Below the pieces are notes generated by a model. The model saw only the letters and a program-made list of their open reading frames with translations, was not told where the DNA came from and did not search any database. Position numbers and translations under genes: made by a program. Below, piece by piece: positions 27,875-41,252 of a DNA stretch of 64,000 nucleotides (its first letter is position 1; every line of letters starts with the position of its first letter). This stretch comes from Methyloceanibacter sp. (GTDB lineage Bacteria; Pseudomonadota; Alphaproteobacteria; Rhizobiales; Methyloligellaceae): contig NZ_JBPCOU010000052.1 in assembly GCF_050999895.1 (NCBI RefSeq), positions 20,021 through 84,020 on the forward strand. Reading direction: 5' to 3'.

Positions 27875-28855
27875 TCAGCGCATGCCTGCGACTTCTGCCA
27901 CGAGCTCCCGAAAGCGCGGCCGGGGCTGCTCCACATAAGGCAGCGGACGGCAGACATCGATGGCGGCGATACCGATCCGCGCGGTCAGGGCGCCATTGAA
28001 GATGCCTTCGCCGAGACGCGCTGATAATCGCGCCGTGAGCCCATGCCCGATCACCTGTTGGATGACGTCGTCGCCGAGCGCGATGCCGCCTGTCAGCACG
28101 ATATGCGTCAGCACCATGCGTGCGAGTTTGAGGAGCGACAGGGTCCCAGCCCGCGCGCCGTAGAGCGTGGCGAGCCTGCGCAGCATCCGCAAATTCTCCG
28201 TTGCCACGAACAGCATGTCGATGATCGCGTCGGGGCTCACCGCGGTCACGACCGAGACGCGCTTGGCTGACGCCGCGACGATGCCGCGCGCGAGAGGATC
28301 GAGCGGTGCGATTAGGGTCCGTTCGCAGAGCCGCAGCAGCTCCGCGGAATCCATGATGTCGTGTTCGTGCTCCGACAACCGTAAGAGGCCCCAGGCGAGA
28401 TCCTTGCGCCCGGCATAAAGCCGCTTGAGCCGATCGGCGACATCAATGGCGAGAGCCTTGTCGTTCTGACGCGCGGCGCTGTCGGCCTCATGGCGAATGC
28501 GGCCGAGCCGCCCGAGGCGAGCAAGCCCGGCGGCCTCGCGCAGGATGAGCATGATAAGCGCGAGGATGACGATGCCGAGCAGGGTGACGGCGACAAAGCC
28601 GATCCAGTCGTCCCGCGCCAGCAGCGCCAGCACCCAGTCGTAGAGCCAGAGCGAGGCGATAAGGCTGACGAGCCCGCCAAGAGCCGTGAGGAGAATACTG
28701 CCCCAGCGAAGCCCCCGGCGAAGATCGGGAACCCCGCGCACGCGCGGCGCGGGCATGGGGAGCCCCTCCAACGGCGGCTGCGGCGCCGGAGGCGTAAAGA
28801 TCTCAACCTCTTCGACGCGAAACGCGGTCGGTTTGCGGGGTTGGCCTTTGGTCAT
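27875..28855 (-). CDS. ycjF: YcjF family membrane protein (UPF0283)
   Basis: 326 aa with two central TM helices, 4-nt overlap with upstream ycjX; canonical ycjX-ycjF pairing. Confidence 0.8.
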   Translation of the reverse strand: MTKGQPRKPTAFRVEEVEIFTPPAPQPPLEGLPMPAPRVRGVPDLRRGLRWGSILLTALGGLVSLIASLWLYDWVLALLARDDWIGFVAVTLLGIVILALIMLILREAAGLARLGRLGRIRHEADSAARQNDKALAIDVADRLKRLYAGRKDLAWGLLRLSEHEHDIMDSAELLRLCERTLIAPLDPLARGIVAASAKRVSVVTAVSPDAIIDMLFVATENLRMLRRLATLYGARAGTLSLLKLARMVLTHIVLTGGIALGDDVIQQVIGHGLTARLSARLGEGIFNGALTARIGIAAIDVCRPLPYVEQPRPRFRELVAEVAGMR

Positions 28856-30342
28856 GTGAGGCGATCTCCGATCAGCGCCTGAATAGCGCGATCAAGCCGT
28901 ATGTTTGGGAAGGGCGCGAAGCCACCCGAGGGCAGCTTGACGGGGTCGGGGGGACGGAACCGCACGAACCGCACGTCGTCTTGCTGCGCGGCAAGCCCCT
29001 TGAGCGCAAGGTCGGGGTCTTTCGGAAGGTCGCCGGGAAAGATGGCGAAGGCTTCGTCGCCATTGAAGTGGCGCCTGCCGATCGTCTCGCCGGGCAGGGG
29101 GTAGCCGACAATGCACGGGAGGACGTCTCCATTCCGCTTTGCCACGCCTTCGCGCGTCGCGCGGATAGTGGCAAGCGCGAGCACCTTCACCTCCGCGCCC
29201 GCATATTCGGCCCGCGCCATCGCCCTGCCGGTGAGGCGCGCGAGAATGGCCTCGAGCCGGTCATGGCTTTGCTGATGCAGATGGTCGGCCTTCGTCGCGG
29301 CAAGAACAATGCGGTCGATGCGCGGCCACAGCAGACTGGACCACAACGTGTTGGCACCGGTGCGGAAGCATTCGAGAATCTCGGTCATGGCGCGCTCGAG
29401 ATCGGCAACCGCAGCCGACCCGCCGTTGAGCGCGGCAAGGACGTCGATGAGCACGATTTGCCGGTCAAGCCTCGCAAAATGATCGTGAAAGAACGGACGC
29501 ACCACGTGGGTCTTATAGGCCTCGTAGCGCCGCGCCATCAGTGCCCACATCGAGCCACGGGGAAAGCTATCCGCCCCTTTGGCGTCGAGCGGCGCGAAGG
29601 TAAGGGCGGGCGAGCCTTCGAGGTCGCCGGGCATCAGAAAACGGCCCGGCGGAAGAGTTGAAAGCGCGTATTGGTCGGCGCGCGTCTCGCGCAGATAGGC
29701 TTTGAACAAATGCGATAGCGTTTCTGCCTGCACCTCGTCAGCCGGCGCCGCGGGATCCACGCCGGCCAAGGCTTGATGCCATGTCTTCGCGATGTCTTTC
29801 CGCCCGCTCTTGCGGCTCTCGTCGAGCGCGGCGCGCGACCATTGCGCGTAGTCGAGATTGAGCAGCGGCAGATCGAGCAGCCATTCCCCGGGATAGTCCA
29901 CGATATCGATATGCAATCGAGTGCGACCAAGCTGTCGCTTCCAGAACTTGGTGGTCTGATATTCAAGAGCGAGCCTCAGCTGACTGATGCGGCGCGTGCT
30001 CTCCGGCCAGCGGGGCGGGTCGCCGGTGAGATCGGCAAGGTGGCGCTCATATTCGAAACGGGGAATCGCCTCGTCGGGCTGCGGCTCGAGATAAGCGCGC
30101 AGGAGGCGGCCCTCGGCCGCGGCATCAAAGAACGGAAGGCGCCCTCCTGAGATGAGATTATGCACCAGCGCCGTGATGAATACCGTCTTGCCCGAACGGG
30201 CGAGTCCGGTAACGCCGAGCCGGATCGTTGGCGTGCCGAGATCCGCGGCGTAATGTCGGAGGTTCGCCGCGGCGGCCGCGACGGCGCGGGTGATGCTGGA
30301 ATTAGGCAAGCTTTCGACGCGTCCTTCCTCGATCCGGCTCAA
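28852..30342 (-). CDS. ycjX: YcjX family P-loop NTPase
   Basis: 496 aa; Walker A GLARSGKTVFITALVHNL; DIVDYPGEW; family length. Confidence 0.85.
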   Translation of the reverse strand: MSRIEEGRVESLPNSSITRAVAAAAANLRHYAADLGTPTIRLGVTGLARSGKTVFITALVHNLISGGRLPFFDAAAEGRLLRAYLEPQPDEAIPRFEYERHLADLTGDPPRWPESTRRISQLRLALEYQTTKFWKRQLGRTRLHIDIVDYPGEWLLDLPLLNLDYAQWSRAALDESRKSGRKDIAKTWHQALAGVDPAAPADEVQAETLSHLFKAYLRETRADQYALSTLPPGRFLMPGDLEGSPALTFAPLDAKGADSFPRGSMWALMARRYEAYKTHVVRPFFHDHFARLDRQIVLIDVLAALNGGSAAVADLERAMTEILECFRTGANTLWSSLLWPRIDRIVLAATKADHLHQQSHDRLEAILARLTGRAMARAEYAGAEVKVLALATIRATREGVAKRNGDVLPCIVGYPLPGETIGRRHFNGDEAFAIFPGDLPKDPDLALKGLAAQQDDVRFVRFRPPDPVKLPSGGFAPFPNIRLDRAIQALIGDRLT

Positions 30343-30511
30343 AAGGGCTCATAGCGCCCCCGCCCAAATTGGCAAAAGAGAGGGTATCCGCTGCCTCTTT
30401 TTCAAGCAGATCCTCCCATCGCATGGATTGCCGCGCTCACAAATAAATATGACGGATCTGCAACGGCCGGGCTGTCCGTGCTTCGCACCGTTGTCAAGGG
30501 AGTCTGTTGTC

Positions 30512-30539
30512 TTGACTTGTCGACTCGCTTTCGTAAATA
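30512..30539 (+). promoter_or_regulatory. sigma70-like promoter upstream of dksA
   Basis: TTGACT (30512-30517) - 16 nt - TAAATA (30534-30539). Confidence 0.35.
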
Positions 30540-30635
30540 CGGGGCAGCCCGGCTGGGGGTCGTCGCTAACCGTGCGCGAACCGGGTGGCGGGCGATCCGG
30601 CCCAACAAGATGGATTGCGTATGGAAGTGGCTTTC

Positions 30636-31058
30636 ATGCGAACCAAGAAAAAGCTCCCCGAGGATTATCGTCCGACCGAGGACGAACCCTTCATGAGCGA
30701 TCTGCAGCGCGCCTATTTCCGGCGTAAGCTTCTGGCGTGGCGCGACGAGATTTTGCGCTCGACGAAAGAGACGCTCCAGCATCTTCAGGACGAGTCGGTG
30801 CAACATGCCGATATCGCAGACAGGGCGAGCTCCGAGAGCGAGCGCGCGCTGGAGCTTCGTGCGCGAGACCGTCAGCGCAAGCTGATCGCCAAGATCGATG
30901 CTGCGCTCGAGCGCATCGATGATGGCACCTACGGCTATTGCGAGGAAACAGGCGAACCCATCAGCTTGAAGCGCCTCGACGCGCGGCCGATCGCAACATT
31001 GAGCGTCGAAGCGCAGGAGCGGCATGAGCGCCGCGAGCGCGTCTACCGCGACGAATAG
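30636..31058 (+). CDS. dksA: RNA polymerase-binding transcription factor DksA (Cys-poor, non-zinc-finger type)
   Basis: DEPFMSDLQRAYFRRKLLAWRDEIL, DxxDxA coiled-coil tip ADIADRAS, GYCEETGEPISLKRLDARPIATLSVEAQ (only one of four Zn Cys retained); alternative start 30621. Confidence 0.9.
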   Translation: MRTKKKLPEDYRPTEDEPFMSDLQRAYFRRKLLAWRDEILRSTKETLQHLQDESVQHADIADRASSESERALELRARDRQRKLIAKIDAALERIDDGTYGYCEETGEPISLKRLDARPIATLSVEAQERHERRERVYRDE

Positions 31059-31850
31059 TCATCGCGGCGTCCGCTTCTCGATCGGAAAGTCGAAGATCGA
31101 GTCGGGATAGGGCTCCGGCACAAGCGTGTAGTGCCACCGTTCCAACGGATAGTTTTGGAAGCCCTGAGATCGCATAGAAGCGCTCAAGGTCACGCGGTTG
31201 CCATCCTCTTCGTCGCTTAGGCCTGACGCGGCGGTATTGGCCTTCACGTCGAAGCAGTCGAAGCTTGTGCCCATGGCAAGGCTGCCGTCGGGCGAGCGTC
31301 GATTGCGGGGCGGTGCAGGGCGCCTGTGTTTCGCTCGCGGGCGTCTGCATCGGTGTGTTGAGGGGGACGAGGGTCACATCGACCGTGGCGCCGCGCGAAT
31401 GTCCGGACCGCGTGGCAATGTAGTTGGGAAATAGCGCCGTCTTGTCGAGCCGCGGATAATAGTACGCCTTTGCCTGTGCGTCATCCTGCCGCTTCGCCCA
31501 CGCCAAGAATGCCGCCACGGATCGCGCCGGTCGATAGCAGTCGTAAACCCTCAGGGAGAGACCCTTGGGGTGGAGATCCGCCTGAACCGCCTTCAGCGCC
31601 TCGGCGGCTCGCCGCACCAGCACGCATTCCGGCGCGACATAGCCCGGCACCCTCTGGCCGGTGAAATTATTCGCGCCCGCATAGCGCATGTCCTGCTGGA
31701 TCGTGGGATCGACATCACGGAGATAAACGAAGTCCGCCGGCATCCCCTCGGCCTGCGCGGAGGCCGCCGCCATTAAGATGCAGAGCGCGACGACAAGATG
31801 CAGAGCGCGACGACGGCAACGCGCATGATGGAAGGTAGAAGACGCAACAT
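31059..31850 (-). pseudogene. VanX/DdpX-like M15 D-Ala-D-Ala dipeptidase, disrupted
   Basis: SGHSRGATVDVTL (SxHxxGxAxD-like) lies in one frame and DGSLAMGTSFDCFD...ERWHYTL...FDFP in another (track ORF 31059..31274). The frame switch is near the GGG run 31290-31292. The native ATGs 31826/31850 are thrown out of frame by the 20-bp duplication. Confidence 0.65.
31775..31814. repeat. perfect 20-bp tandem duplication (AAGATGCAGAGCGCGACGAC x2)
   Basis: 31775-31794 and 31795-31814 are identical base for base; lies in the signal-peptide coding region of the peptidase gene. Confidence 0.95.
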
Positions 31851-31893
31851 GGAGGACGTCCGGGGGGCGTGCGCGAGCCGTCACCCATTCCAT

Positions 31894-31922
31894 AAAAAAA
31901 CTCCCCGCTGGAGGGCGGGGAG
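31894..31922 (-). terminator. intrinsic terminator (minus strand)
   Basis: Minus strand: CTCCCCGC - CCTCCA loop - GCGGGGAG followed by T7 (31894-31900). Confidence 0.6.
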
Positions 31923-32172
31923 TGGAGAGGTTTGGGGGACTGACATGACTGGCAGGACCAGTCGGTGTCGGACCATTAGCAGGGAACTGCCGGAAACCTT
32001 ACGACACGAGCGGTTGAAAATTACCGGCGTCACTTCATCCGCCTGCCACTACAACGCGTGGCCACCGTAAGTACAGACTCTGTTTACCTCAACTCGGCGC
32101 CCATCACAAGCAAAACCGACGTGTCATTTTCGTCACTGTCAATCGCAAAGCAGGGCAGAGAACGAAAAATAT

Positions 32173-32526
32173 TCAGCTTTTTCCGAAATCTGGCGCGGGC
32201 CGCGTATCGTTGCGCGCAATAATGACGTCCTCGAGCGGCGGCTCGAGATGGGCGTGCGCCTTGATTCCCGTCTCGATCAGAACGTCGACCGGGCCCCCGG
32301 TCATGATGAGGTGCTCGACGTCGTCGCGGCGGATCAGCATGAGTTTTCGCCGGCTGTCGACCGTGGCGGTCTCGACCAGAGCAAGGCGGCGCTCCCGCGC
32401 TCGCAAGAATCCCGAGCCGGTCCCGCTCCCACCGAAAAACGCCTTGAACGCCCAGACGGTGAGGGCAATCAGCGCGCTCACGAAGAGCACGGCCGCAATG
32501 GCAAGAACGATCGTGTCGAAGTTCAT
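32173..32526 (-). CDS. FliO/MopB-like small membrane protein
   Basis: 117 aa; single N-terminal TM then RRLALVETATVDSRRKLMLIRRDDVEHLIMTGG, which resembles the FliO core; start at MNFDT (32526). Confidence 0.45.
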   Translation of the reverse strand: MNFDTIVLAIAAVLFVSALIALTVWAFKAFFGGSGTGSGFLRARERRLALVETATVDSRRKLMLIRRDDVEHLIMTGGPVDVLIETGIKAHAHLEPPLEDVIIARNDTRPAPDFGKS

Positions 32527-32711
32527 GGCCGCTTTCCGCAACTGCCCTAAAGGCTCATTAACCACGCGTGCCCATACAGGACAAGGCTGCGCGGCTTGAG
32601 AGTAGCGCGCCACGTCCGCCAAATGCTGACGGAACCTTTGGAAATCCTGGCTTGACGCCTTGGACCTGACAATGTCCGGCTTAAGAAATCCGAATCGGAT
32701 AATTTGATCGC

Positions 32712-35252
32712 ATGACCGATATCGACGCTCCAATGCGCTATGCGCAACCCGCCGCGGACCATACCGAGCGTGACGGGAGCGTCAGCCTCGTGGTGCTGCT
32801 TGCTCTCGCGCTGGCCGCGGCAGCAGTTGGGCTTGCCATGGTATCACGGGAGATCGCCGAGCCTTTCGTCCTCGCGATTCTTGCCGGCCTCGCGGTGATA
32901 GGCGTGTTCTGCCTCTTTGCGGGAGCCGTAGGCATTCTTCATTTCGGTCAGCGCCAGGCGCGCAATGACGTCGCTAAGGCGTTCATCGACAATCTGCCCC
33001 AAGGCGCCCTCATCGCCGACGGCGCGGGGCGGGTGCTCTACGCCAACGAAGCCTATCGCAGCCTTCTGGGCCTCGATGACTCTGCGACGGTTCCGCCGCC
33101 GGATCGCGCCTTTGCCGGCAATCCGCATCTTGCTGAGGTGATCTTCCGCCTCTCGCGCGCGGCGCAACAGGGCCGTTCGCTGAAGGAAGAATTTCGGCTG
33201 CCTCCCGAAGGCGACACCCTCGACAAAGAGGTGATTCCGCGTTGGTTTCGCATTTCGGTGCAGCCGATGCCCTCGGACCCACGCGCCGGTCGCAAGGGCG
33301 CTCTTGTGGTTTGGCAGGTCGACGAGGTGACGCAGGATCAAGCCCGGCAGGAAGCAAGCTTCGCCAAGGTCCAGGCTGCCATCGCCTATCTCGACAACGC
33401 GCCCGCAGGCTTCTTCACCACCGATAGCGAAGGCAATGTCGAATATCTGAATGCAACACTCGCGGAATGGCTCGGGCGCGATCTTTCCGAGCTCGCCAAC
33501 ACGCCGTTGAAGCTCAGCCAGATCATGTCCGAAGACGGCGCGGCGCTCGTCGCCCGCGCCGGCCGTGGTTCCGTGCAGGGGGCTACGCGTCGCTTCGACA
33601 TCGATCTCTTCAAGGCTGACGGTATGAGCCTTCCGGTGCGCATCCTGCATCGTCTACCGCCCGGCACGGGCGAGGCGGGTCTCGCGCATGCGCTCGTTCT
33701 CAACCGCTCCCCGGGAGAGGCCGATGAAGCCGGCTCTGCCGAGCTTCGCTTTGCACGCCTGTTTCACTCCGCGCCGATCGCCATCGCCGCCGTCGATCGC
33801 GAGGGCCTTGTCAGTGCGAGCAACGCGGCGTTTGCACGGCTCTTCGGAAGCGCCGGCGATGAATCGCGGGGCGTCAAGCTTGAAAGCTTGTTCAACGACG
33901 AGGATCATCCGGCGCTGCGCAAGGCGCTCGGCGCCGCGCTCGCGGGACAGGGGCTCATCGATCCTGTCGAAATTTCTTTCGCGCGCGATAAGGAGCGGAG
34001 CGGCACCGTCTATCTGAGCCCCATCGAGCAGGCCGAAGGCGAACGTGAAACGGTGATCGCCTATGTGATCGAGACCACCGAGCAGCGCGCGCTCGAGATG
34101 CAGATTGCGCAGAGCCAGAAAATGCAGGCCGTCGGCCAGCTGGCAGGTGGAATCGCCCACGATTTCAACAACATGCTGACCGCGATCATCGGCTTCTCCG
34201 ACTTCCTGCTGCAAAATCATCGACCGACCGACCCCGCGTTCCAGGACATTATGAATATCAAGCAAAACGCGAACCGCGCCGCGGGGCTCGTTCGCCAGCT
34301 GCTTGCCTTCTCGCGGCAGCAGACTTTGCGGCCGCAGGTCCTGCATCTCGACGATGTGATCTCGGAGCTTTCCATCCTGCTCGGCCGTCTGCTCGGCGAG
34401 AATGTCGAGCTCAGTCTCGATCAAGGTCGCGAGCTCTGGCCTGTCAGGGCCGATCTGCATCAGTTCGAGCAGGTTATCGTGAACCTCGCGGTCAATGCGC
34501 GCGACGCCATGCCGGGCGGTGGCAAGCTTCGCATCCGCACGGCCAATATCACCGAGGCGGACTCGCGCGAGCTTGGCGTGCAGCACCTTGTGGCGGCCGA
34601 CTATGTGCTGATCGAGGTAGCGGATACTGGCACCGGCATGGACCAGGAAGTCATGCAGAAAATGTTCGAGCCGTTCTTCTCTACCAAGGAGATCGGACGC
34701 GGCACCGGACTCGGTCTCTCCACCGTTTACGGCATCGTCAAGCAGACCGGCGGCTTCATCTTTGCCGATAGCGAGATTGGCAAGGGCACCACCTTGCGGG
34801 TTTACCTGCCGCGCCACATCGAAACCGAGGCTGAGGTTGAAGCGCCGAAGCCCGAACGGCGCGAGAAGCCGCGAGACCTAACTGGGCATGGCACGGTTCT
34901 CCTCGTCGAGGACGAGGACGCGGTGCGGAGTTTCGCGGCGCGCGCGCTGGGTCAGCGCGGCTACCACGTGCTTGAAGCAACCACCGGCGCTGAGGCGCTC
35001 GAGGTCTTTAACAGCCACAAGGGCGAGGTTGATCTCGTCGTGAGCGACGTGGTGATGCCGGAGATGGATGGGCCGACACTGTTGAAGGAGCTTCGGCAGC
35101 AACGCCCGGATCTCAAGATCATCTTCATCTCGGGTTACGCCGAAGATGCCTTTCGCCGCAATCTGACCGAGAAAGAGGACTTCATGTTTTTGCAGAAGCC
35201 CTTCGATCTCAAGCAGCTGGCCGCCGCGGTGAAGGCGGCCCTGGAGGGCTGA
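32712..35252 (+). CDS. cckA: hybrid sensor histidine kinase/response regulator, CckA-like
   Basis: Two N-terminal TM helices, PAS repeats, H-box [24 protein letters not shown] boxes, C-terminal receiver ([11 protein letters not shown]...DVVMPEMDG...KPF); size and layout as in CckA. Confidence 0.75.
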   Translation: MTDIDAPMRYAQPAADHTERDGSVSLVVLLALALAAAAVGLAMVSREIAEPFVLAILAGLAVIGVFCLFAGAVGILHFGQRQARNDVAKAFIDNLPQGALIADGAGRVLYANEAYRSLLGLDDSATVPPPDRAFAGNPHLAEVIFRLSRAAQQGRSLKEEFRLPPEGDTLDKEVIPRWFRISVQPMPSDPRAGRKGALVVWQVDEVTQDQARQEASFAKVQAAIAYLDNAPAGFFTTDSEGNVEYLNATLAEWLGRDLSELANTPLKLSQIMSEDGAALVARAGRGSVQGATRRFDIDLFKADGMSLPVRILHRLPPGTGEAGLAHALVLNRSPGEADEAGSAELRFARLFHSAPIAIAAVDREGLVSASNAAFARLFGSAGDESRGVKLESLFNDEDHPALRKALGAALAGQGLIDPVEISFARDKERSGTVYLSPIEQAEGERETVIAYVIETTEQRALEMQIAQSQKMQAVGQLAGGIAHDFNNMLTAIIGFSDFLLQNHRPTDPAFQDIMNIKQNANRAAGLVRQLLAFSRQQTLRPQVLHLDDVISELSILLGRLLGENVELSLDQGRELWPVRADLHQFEQVIVNLAVNARDAMPGGGKLRIRTANITEADSRELGVQHLVAADYVLIEVADTGTGMDQEVMQKMFEPFFSTKEIGRGTGLGLSTVYGIVKQTGGFIFADSEIGKGTTLRVYLPRHIETEAEVEAPKPERREKPRDLTGHGTVLLVEDEDAVRSFAARALGQRGYHVLEATTGAEALEVFNSHKGEVDLVVSDVVMPEMDGPTLLKELRQQRPDLKIIFISGYAEDAFRRNLTEKEDFMFLQKPFDLKQLAAAVKAALEG

Positions 35253-35349
35253 CGCGGCAACACGTGTCGCAGGTTCGGAGGGCTTCCCTTTCCATTTGAT
35301 CGCGTCTAGAGGCGTGGTCTTGTCCGATCCTCGCTAACGGAGCGCGCGC

Positions 35350-36618
35350 GTGCCGGATTACGAAGTCCTGCCCCTCGACGAGGAGGGCCAGCCCCCTCGC
35401 AGAAAGCGCAAAAAGCCCAAGATGCCGGCGCTGACGATCGAGCGCTATGGCGGGCGGCTGCTTTATGTCTGGTTCGGGATGCGCTTCGGCGCACTAATGC
35501 GACTCTTCTGGCGAGGGCGCTTCAGCTTCACGCTGAACTGCATTCCCGACACCTTGGCGCTGTTCCTGTGGGTGCCGTGGAATACGCCGCTCTACTGGAT
35601 CTCCGAGCTGAAGTATCGGAGGCGGGCCGAGGCGCTTCCGCTCGACACGCCGCCGGTCTTCGTCATCGGGCATTGGCGCACCGGTACCACGCTGCTGCAC
35701 GACCTTTTCTCGGAGGACCCGAACCTCGCCTTTCCCACGACCTATGAGTGCTTCTTCCCGCACCATTTCCTGTTGACCGAAGGCCATCTCGACAAAGTCT
35801 TCAAAATCCTGTTGCCGAAGAGGCGTCCCCAGGACGACGTGCCGGTCGGCTTCGACCGCCCGCAGGAAGAAGAGTTCGCCATGATCATGCTGGGCGAGGG
35901 CTCGCCCTATAACACAATGGCGTGGCCGCGGCTGGGTCCGGCCGAAAGCGAGTATCTCGACTTCAAGGGTTTGCCCGAGGCCAAGAAGAAGAGTTGGGCC
36001 GGCGCCTTCATGTGGTTTTATCGGCGCCTCGTGCTCCAGCATCGCGGCAGGCGCCTCGTCTTGAAATCGCCAGCCAATGCCGGCCGCCTCAAGCTGTTGA
36101 CCGAGCTCTTTCCCGATGCCCGCTTCGTTTACATCGCGCGCAACCCGCTCGACGTGTTTCCCTCCACGGTGAAGCTCTGGCGCGCGCTGTATTCCACCCA
36201 AGGCCTGCATAACCCCCCGCAGCTCGAGTCCTGGCTCGACGACTATGTGCTCGACATGTTTCAGCAGCTGACCGAGGCCTATGAGGAAGATCGCCATCTC
36301 ATCTCGGAGGATCGCCTCGTCGAGATGCGCTACGAGGACCTGGTCACGGACCCGATCGGCACCATGCGCGATGTCTATACCCGCCTCGGCATCAGCGATT
36401 TCGCGCAAGCGGTAGCTCCCATGCGCACCATCCTGTCCGACCGCTCCGACCACCGCATTTCGTCCTATCGCCTGCCGGACCCCTTGACCCGCAAAATTGC
36501 GGAGCGGCTGGCTCCCTATATCGAGCGTTTCGGCTACCGCGACGCCGTCAACGCCGCGCTCGGAAAAGACGCCGAGGGCGGCTCCAAGACCCCGGTCCGC
36601 GAGCGGGAGCCGTCTTAA
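35350..36618 (+). CDS. sulfotransferase family protein
   Basis: PAPS 5'-PSB-like HWRTGTTLLH and 3'-PB-like YIARNPLDVFPS; GTG start uncertain. Confidence 0.75.
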   Translation: MPDYEVLPLDEEGQPPRRKRKKPKMPALTIERYGGRLLYVWFGMRFGALMRLFWRGRFSFTLNCIPDTLALFLWVPWNTPLYWISELKYRRRAEALPLDTPPVFVIGHWRTGTTLLHDLFSEDPNLAFPTTYECFFPHHFLLTEGHLDKVFKILLPKRRPQDDVPVGFDRPQEEEFAMIMLGEGSPYNTMAWPRLGPAESEYLDFKGLPEAKKKSWAGAFMWFYRRLVLQHRGRRLVLKSPANAGRLKLLTELFPDARFVYIARNPLDVFPSTVKLWRALYSTQGLHNPPQLESWLDDYVLDMFQQLTEAYEEDRHLISEDRLVEMRYEDLVTDPIGTMRDVYTRLGISDFAQAVAPMRTILSDRSDHRISSYRLPDPLTRKIAERLAPYIERFGYRDAVNAALGKDAEGGSKTPVREREPS

Positions 36619-36800
36619 TTTTTGGCATCACGCAATGTAGGTTGAGAGCCCCGCGATGAAGGGTACCGCGCCCTCGGCTTGTGCCCGGGGAGGCCGATTT
36701 CGGCAGGTTCTACGGCCCAACCCCCATTTTTTCCCATCTCGTCCTTCTGAGCGTCCGATTTCTGCAGCCTGGGAGGCGCTTCCGCGCGGGGCCGCAGAAA

Positions 36801-36822
36801 GAACATATTGCGAACAGAGAAC
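36801..36822 (+). promoter_or_regulatory. alphaproteobacterial LexA (SOS) box GAAC-N7-GAAC plus a third GAAC
   Basis: GAACATATTGCGAACAGAGAAC, about 155 nt upstream of recA. Confidence 0.6.
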
Positions 36823-36975
36823 AAAACGTGTACATTGATCTTAATGATTTTGGACCGCTTATGCACTTCCAACCGTCTAAGGGGCATGTGTGGAGCGGAT
36901 GAGGGGGGCCATCGCAATCGGCCTGATGAGCGGGCTTTTTGAATTGGCGGGCTTGTGAAATAAGGGAGAAAGACC

Positions 36976-38127
36976 ATGTCGAATGTCGCGCTGCGCCTCG
37001 TGGAAGGTGGGGAAATGGATAAAGAGAAGGCGCTTGCCGCGGCGATCTCCCAGATCGAGCGGAATTGCGGCAAGGGCTCGATCATGCGCCTCGGCGCGAA
37101 CGAGCAGGTCGTCGAGGTGGAGGCGATCTCGACTGGCTCGCTTGGGCTCGACATCGCCCTTGGCATTGGCGGTCTCCCGCGCGGCCGCGTCATCGAAATT
37201 TACGGGCCGGAATCCTCAGGCAAGACCACTTTGGCGCTGCATGTGGCAGCCGAAGCGCAAAAGCGCGGCGGCATCTGCGCCTTCGTCGACGCCGAGCACG
37301 CCCTCGATACCGTCTATGCGCGCAAGCTCGGGGTCGACCTCGAGAATATCCTGATCTCTCAGCCGGACACCGGCGAGCAGGCGCTCGAGATCGCCGACAC
37401 GTTGGTGCGCTCCGGCGCCATCGACGTGCTCGTGGTCGATTCGGTCGCGGCACTGACGCCCAAGGCCGAGCTCGAAGGCGAGATGGGCGATATGCAAATG
37501 GGCAGTCAGGCGCGTCTGATGAGCCAAGCCTTGCGCAAGCTGACGGGCTCCATCTCTAAGTCCCGCTGCATGGTGATCTTCATCAACCAGATCCGCATGA
37601 AGATCGGCGTGATGTTCGGGAGCCCCGAGACGACGAGCGGCGGCAATGCGCTGAAATTCTACGCCTCGGTTCGCCTCGACATTCGCCGCATCGGCGCCAT
37701 CAAGGAGCGCGAGGAGGTCGTCGGCAACCAGACCCGCGTTAAGGTGGTGAAGAACAAGGTCGCCCCGCCCTTCAAGCAGGTCGAGTTCGACATCATGTAT
37801 GGCGAGGGCATTTCCAAGATGGGTGAGCTCGTCGATCTCGGCGTCAAGGCCGGCATCGTGGAGAAATCGGGCTCTTGGTTCTCCTACGATTCGGAGCGCA
37901 TCGGTCAGGGCCGCGAAAACGCCAAAACGTATCTGAAAGAGCATCCCGATATGGCCGCGAGGATCGAACTCGCGATCCGCCAGAATGCGGGCTTGCTCGC
38001 CGGCAAGATCCTCGAAGGTGTGCCTGAGTCGGACTCAGACGACGGCGAGACGAGCGAAGCGGGTGGTTTTGCCGAGGGCGACGTGGCGGCGATTGCCGGT
38101 GCCAGGCGCACGAAGCGCCCGGCCTAA
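36976..38127 (+). CDS. recA: recombinase RecA
   Basis: GKGSIMRLG, Walker [47 protein letters not shown]. Confidence 0.97.
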   Translation: MSNVALRLVEGGEMDKEKALAAAISQIERNCGKGSIMRLGANEQVVEVEAISTGSLGLDIALGIGGLPRGRVIEIYGPESSGKTTLALHVAAEAQKRGGICAFVDAEHALDTVYARKLGVDLENILISQPDTGEQALEIADTLVRSGAIDVLVVDSVAALTPKAELEGEMGDMQMGSQARLMSQALRKLTGSISKSRCMVIFINQIRMKIGVMFGSPETTSGGNALKFYASVRLDIRRIGAIKEREEVVGNQTRVKVVKNKVAPPFKQVEFDIMYGEGISKMGELVDLGVKAGIVEKSGSWFSYDSERIGQGRENAKTYLKEHPDMAARIELAIRQNAGLLAGKILEGVPESDSDDGETSEAGGFAEGDVAAIAGARRTKRPA

Positions 38128-38148
38128 GACGCTTGAACCGAACTGTGC

Positions 38149-38170
38149 AGGCCGGCGGTGCCGCCGGCCT
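38149..38170 (+). terminator. GC-rich hairpin after recA (no T-tract)
   Basis: AGGCCGGCGG-TG-CCGCCGGCCT perfect 10-bp stem. Confidence 0.4.
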
Positions 38171-38447
38171 CGCCCGCACGTCTGGAGCATAGGTCTTCCT
38201 ATCGCGGAGGCTCCGCCGACGGGTGACGATGCCCGGTGCCGCTGGCTGGTAGAGCCCATATCGAGCGGGCCCTGAAGGACTTGGTGCGGGCGTGTACCGC
38301 TGGACAGCCCCTTTTCCCGACTCTATGTCTGACACGGTATTTTAGCGGCTTTCCTGTAACTGGAGCGGCTGGAACTGCACCGGCTCTTCCTTATAACGGG
38401 GGCCGGGGCGCGAAGATGATCGGCAACCCAAGGTTCTCCTCGCTGCC

Positions 38448-41248
<2,801 letters not shown>

Positions 41249-41252
<4 letters not shown>

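Noticed and set aside
30961-31058. 3' extension of the 310-aa minus ORF running antisense through the end of dksA
   Set aside because: It is out-of-frame readthrough created by the frameshift in the DdpX-like pseudogene. The genuine C-terminus is in ORF 31059..31274.
36619-36975. sigma54-type promoter (TGGCAT-N5-AATG at about 36627) and small ORFs 36656..36902 upstream of recA
   Set aside because: The -12 element does not match TTGC, and the ORFs lack SDs and have poor codon bias. The region is taken as the recA leader with a LexA box.
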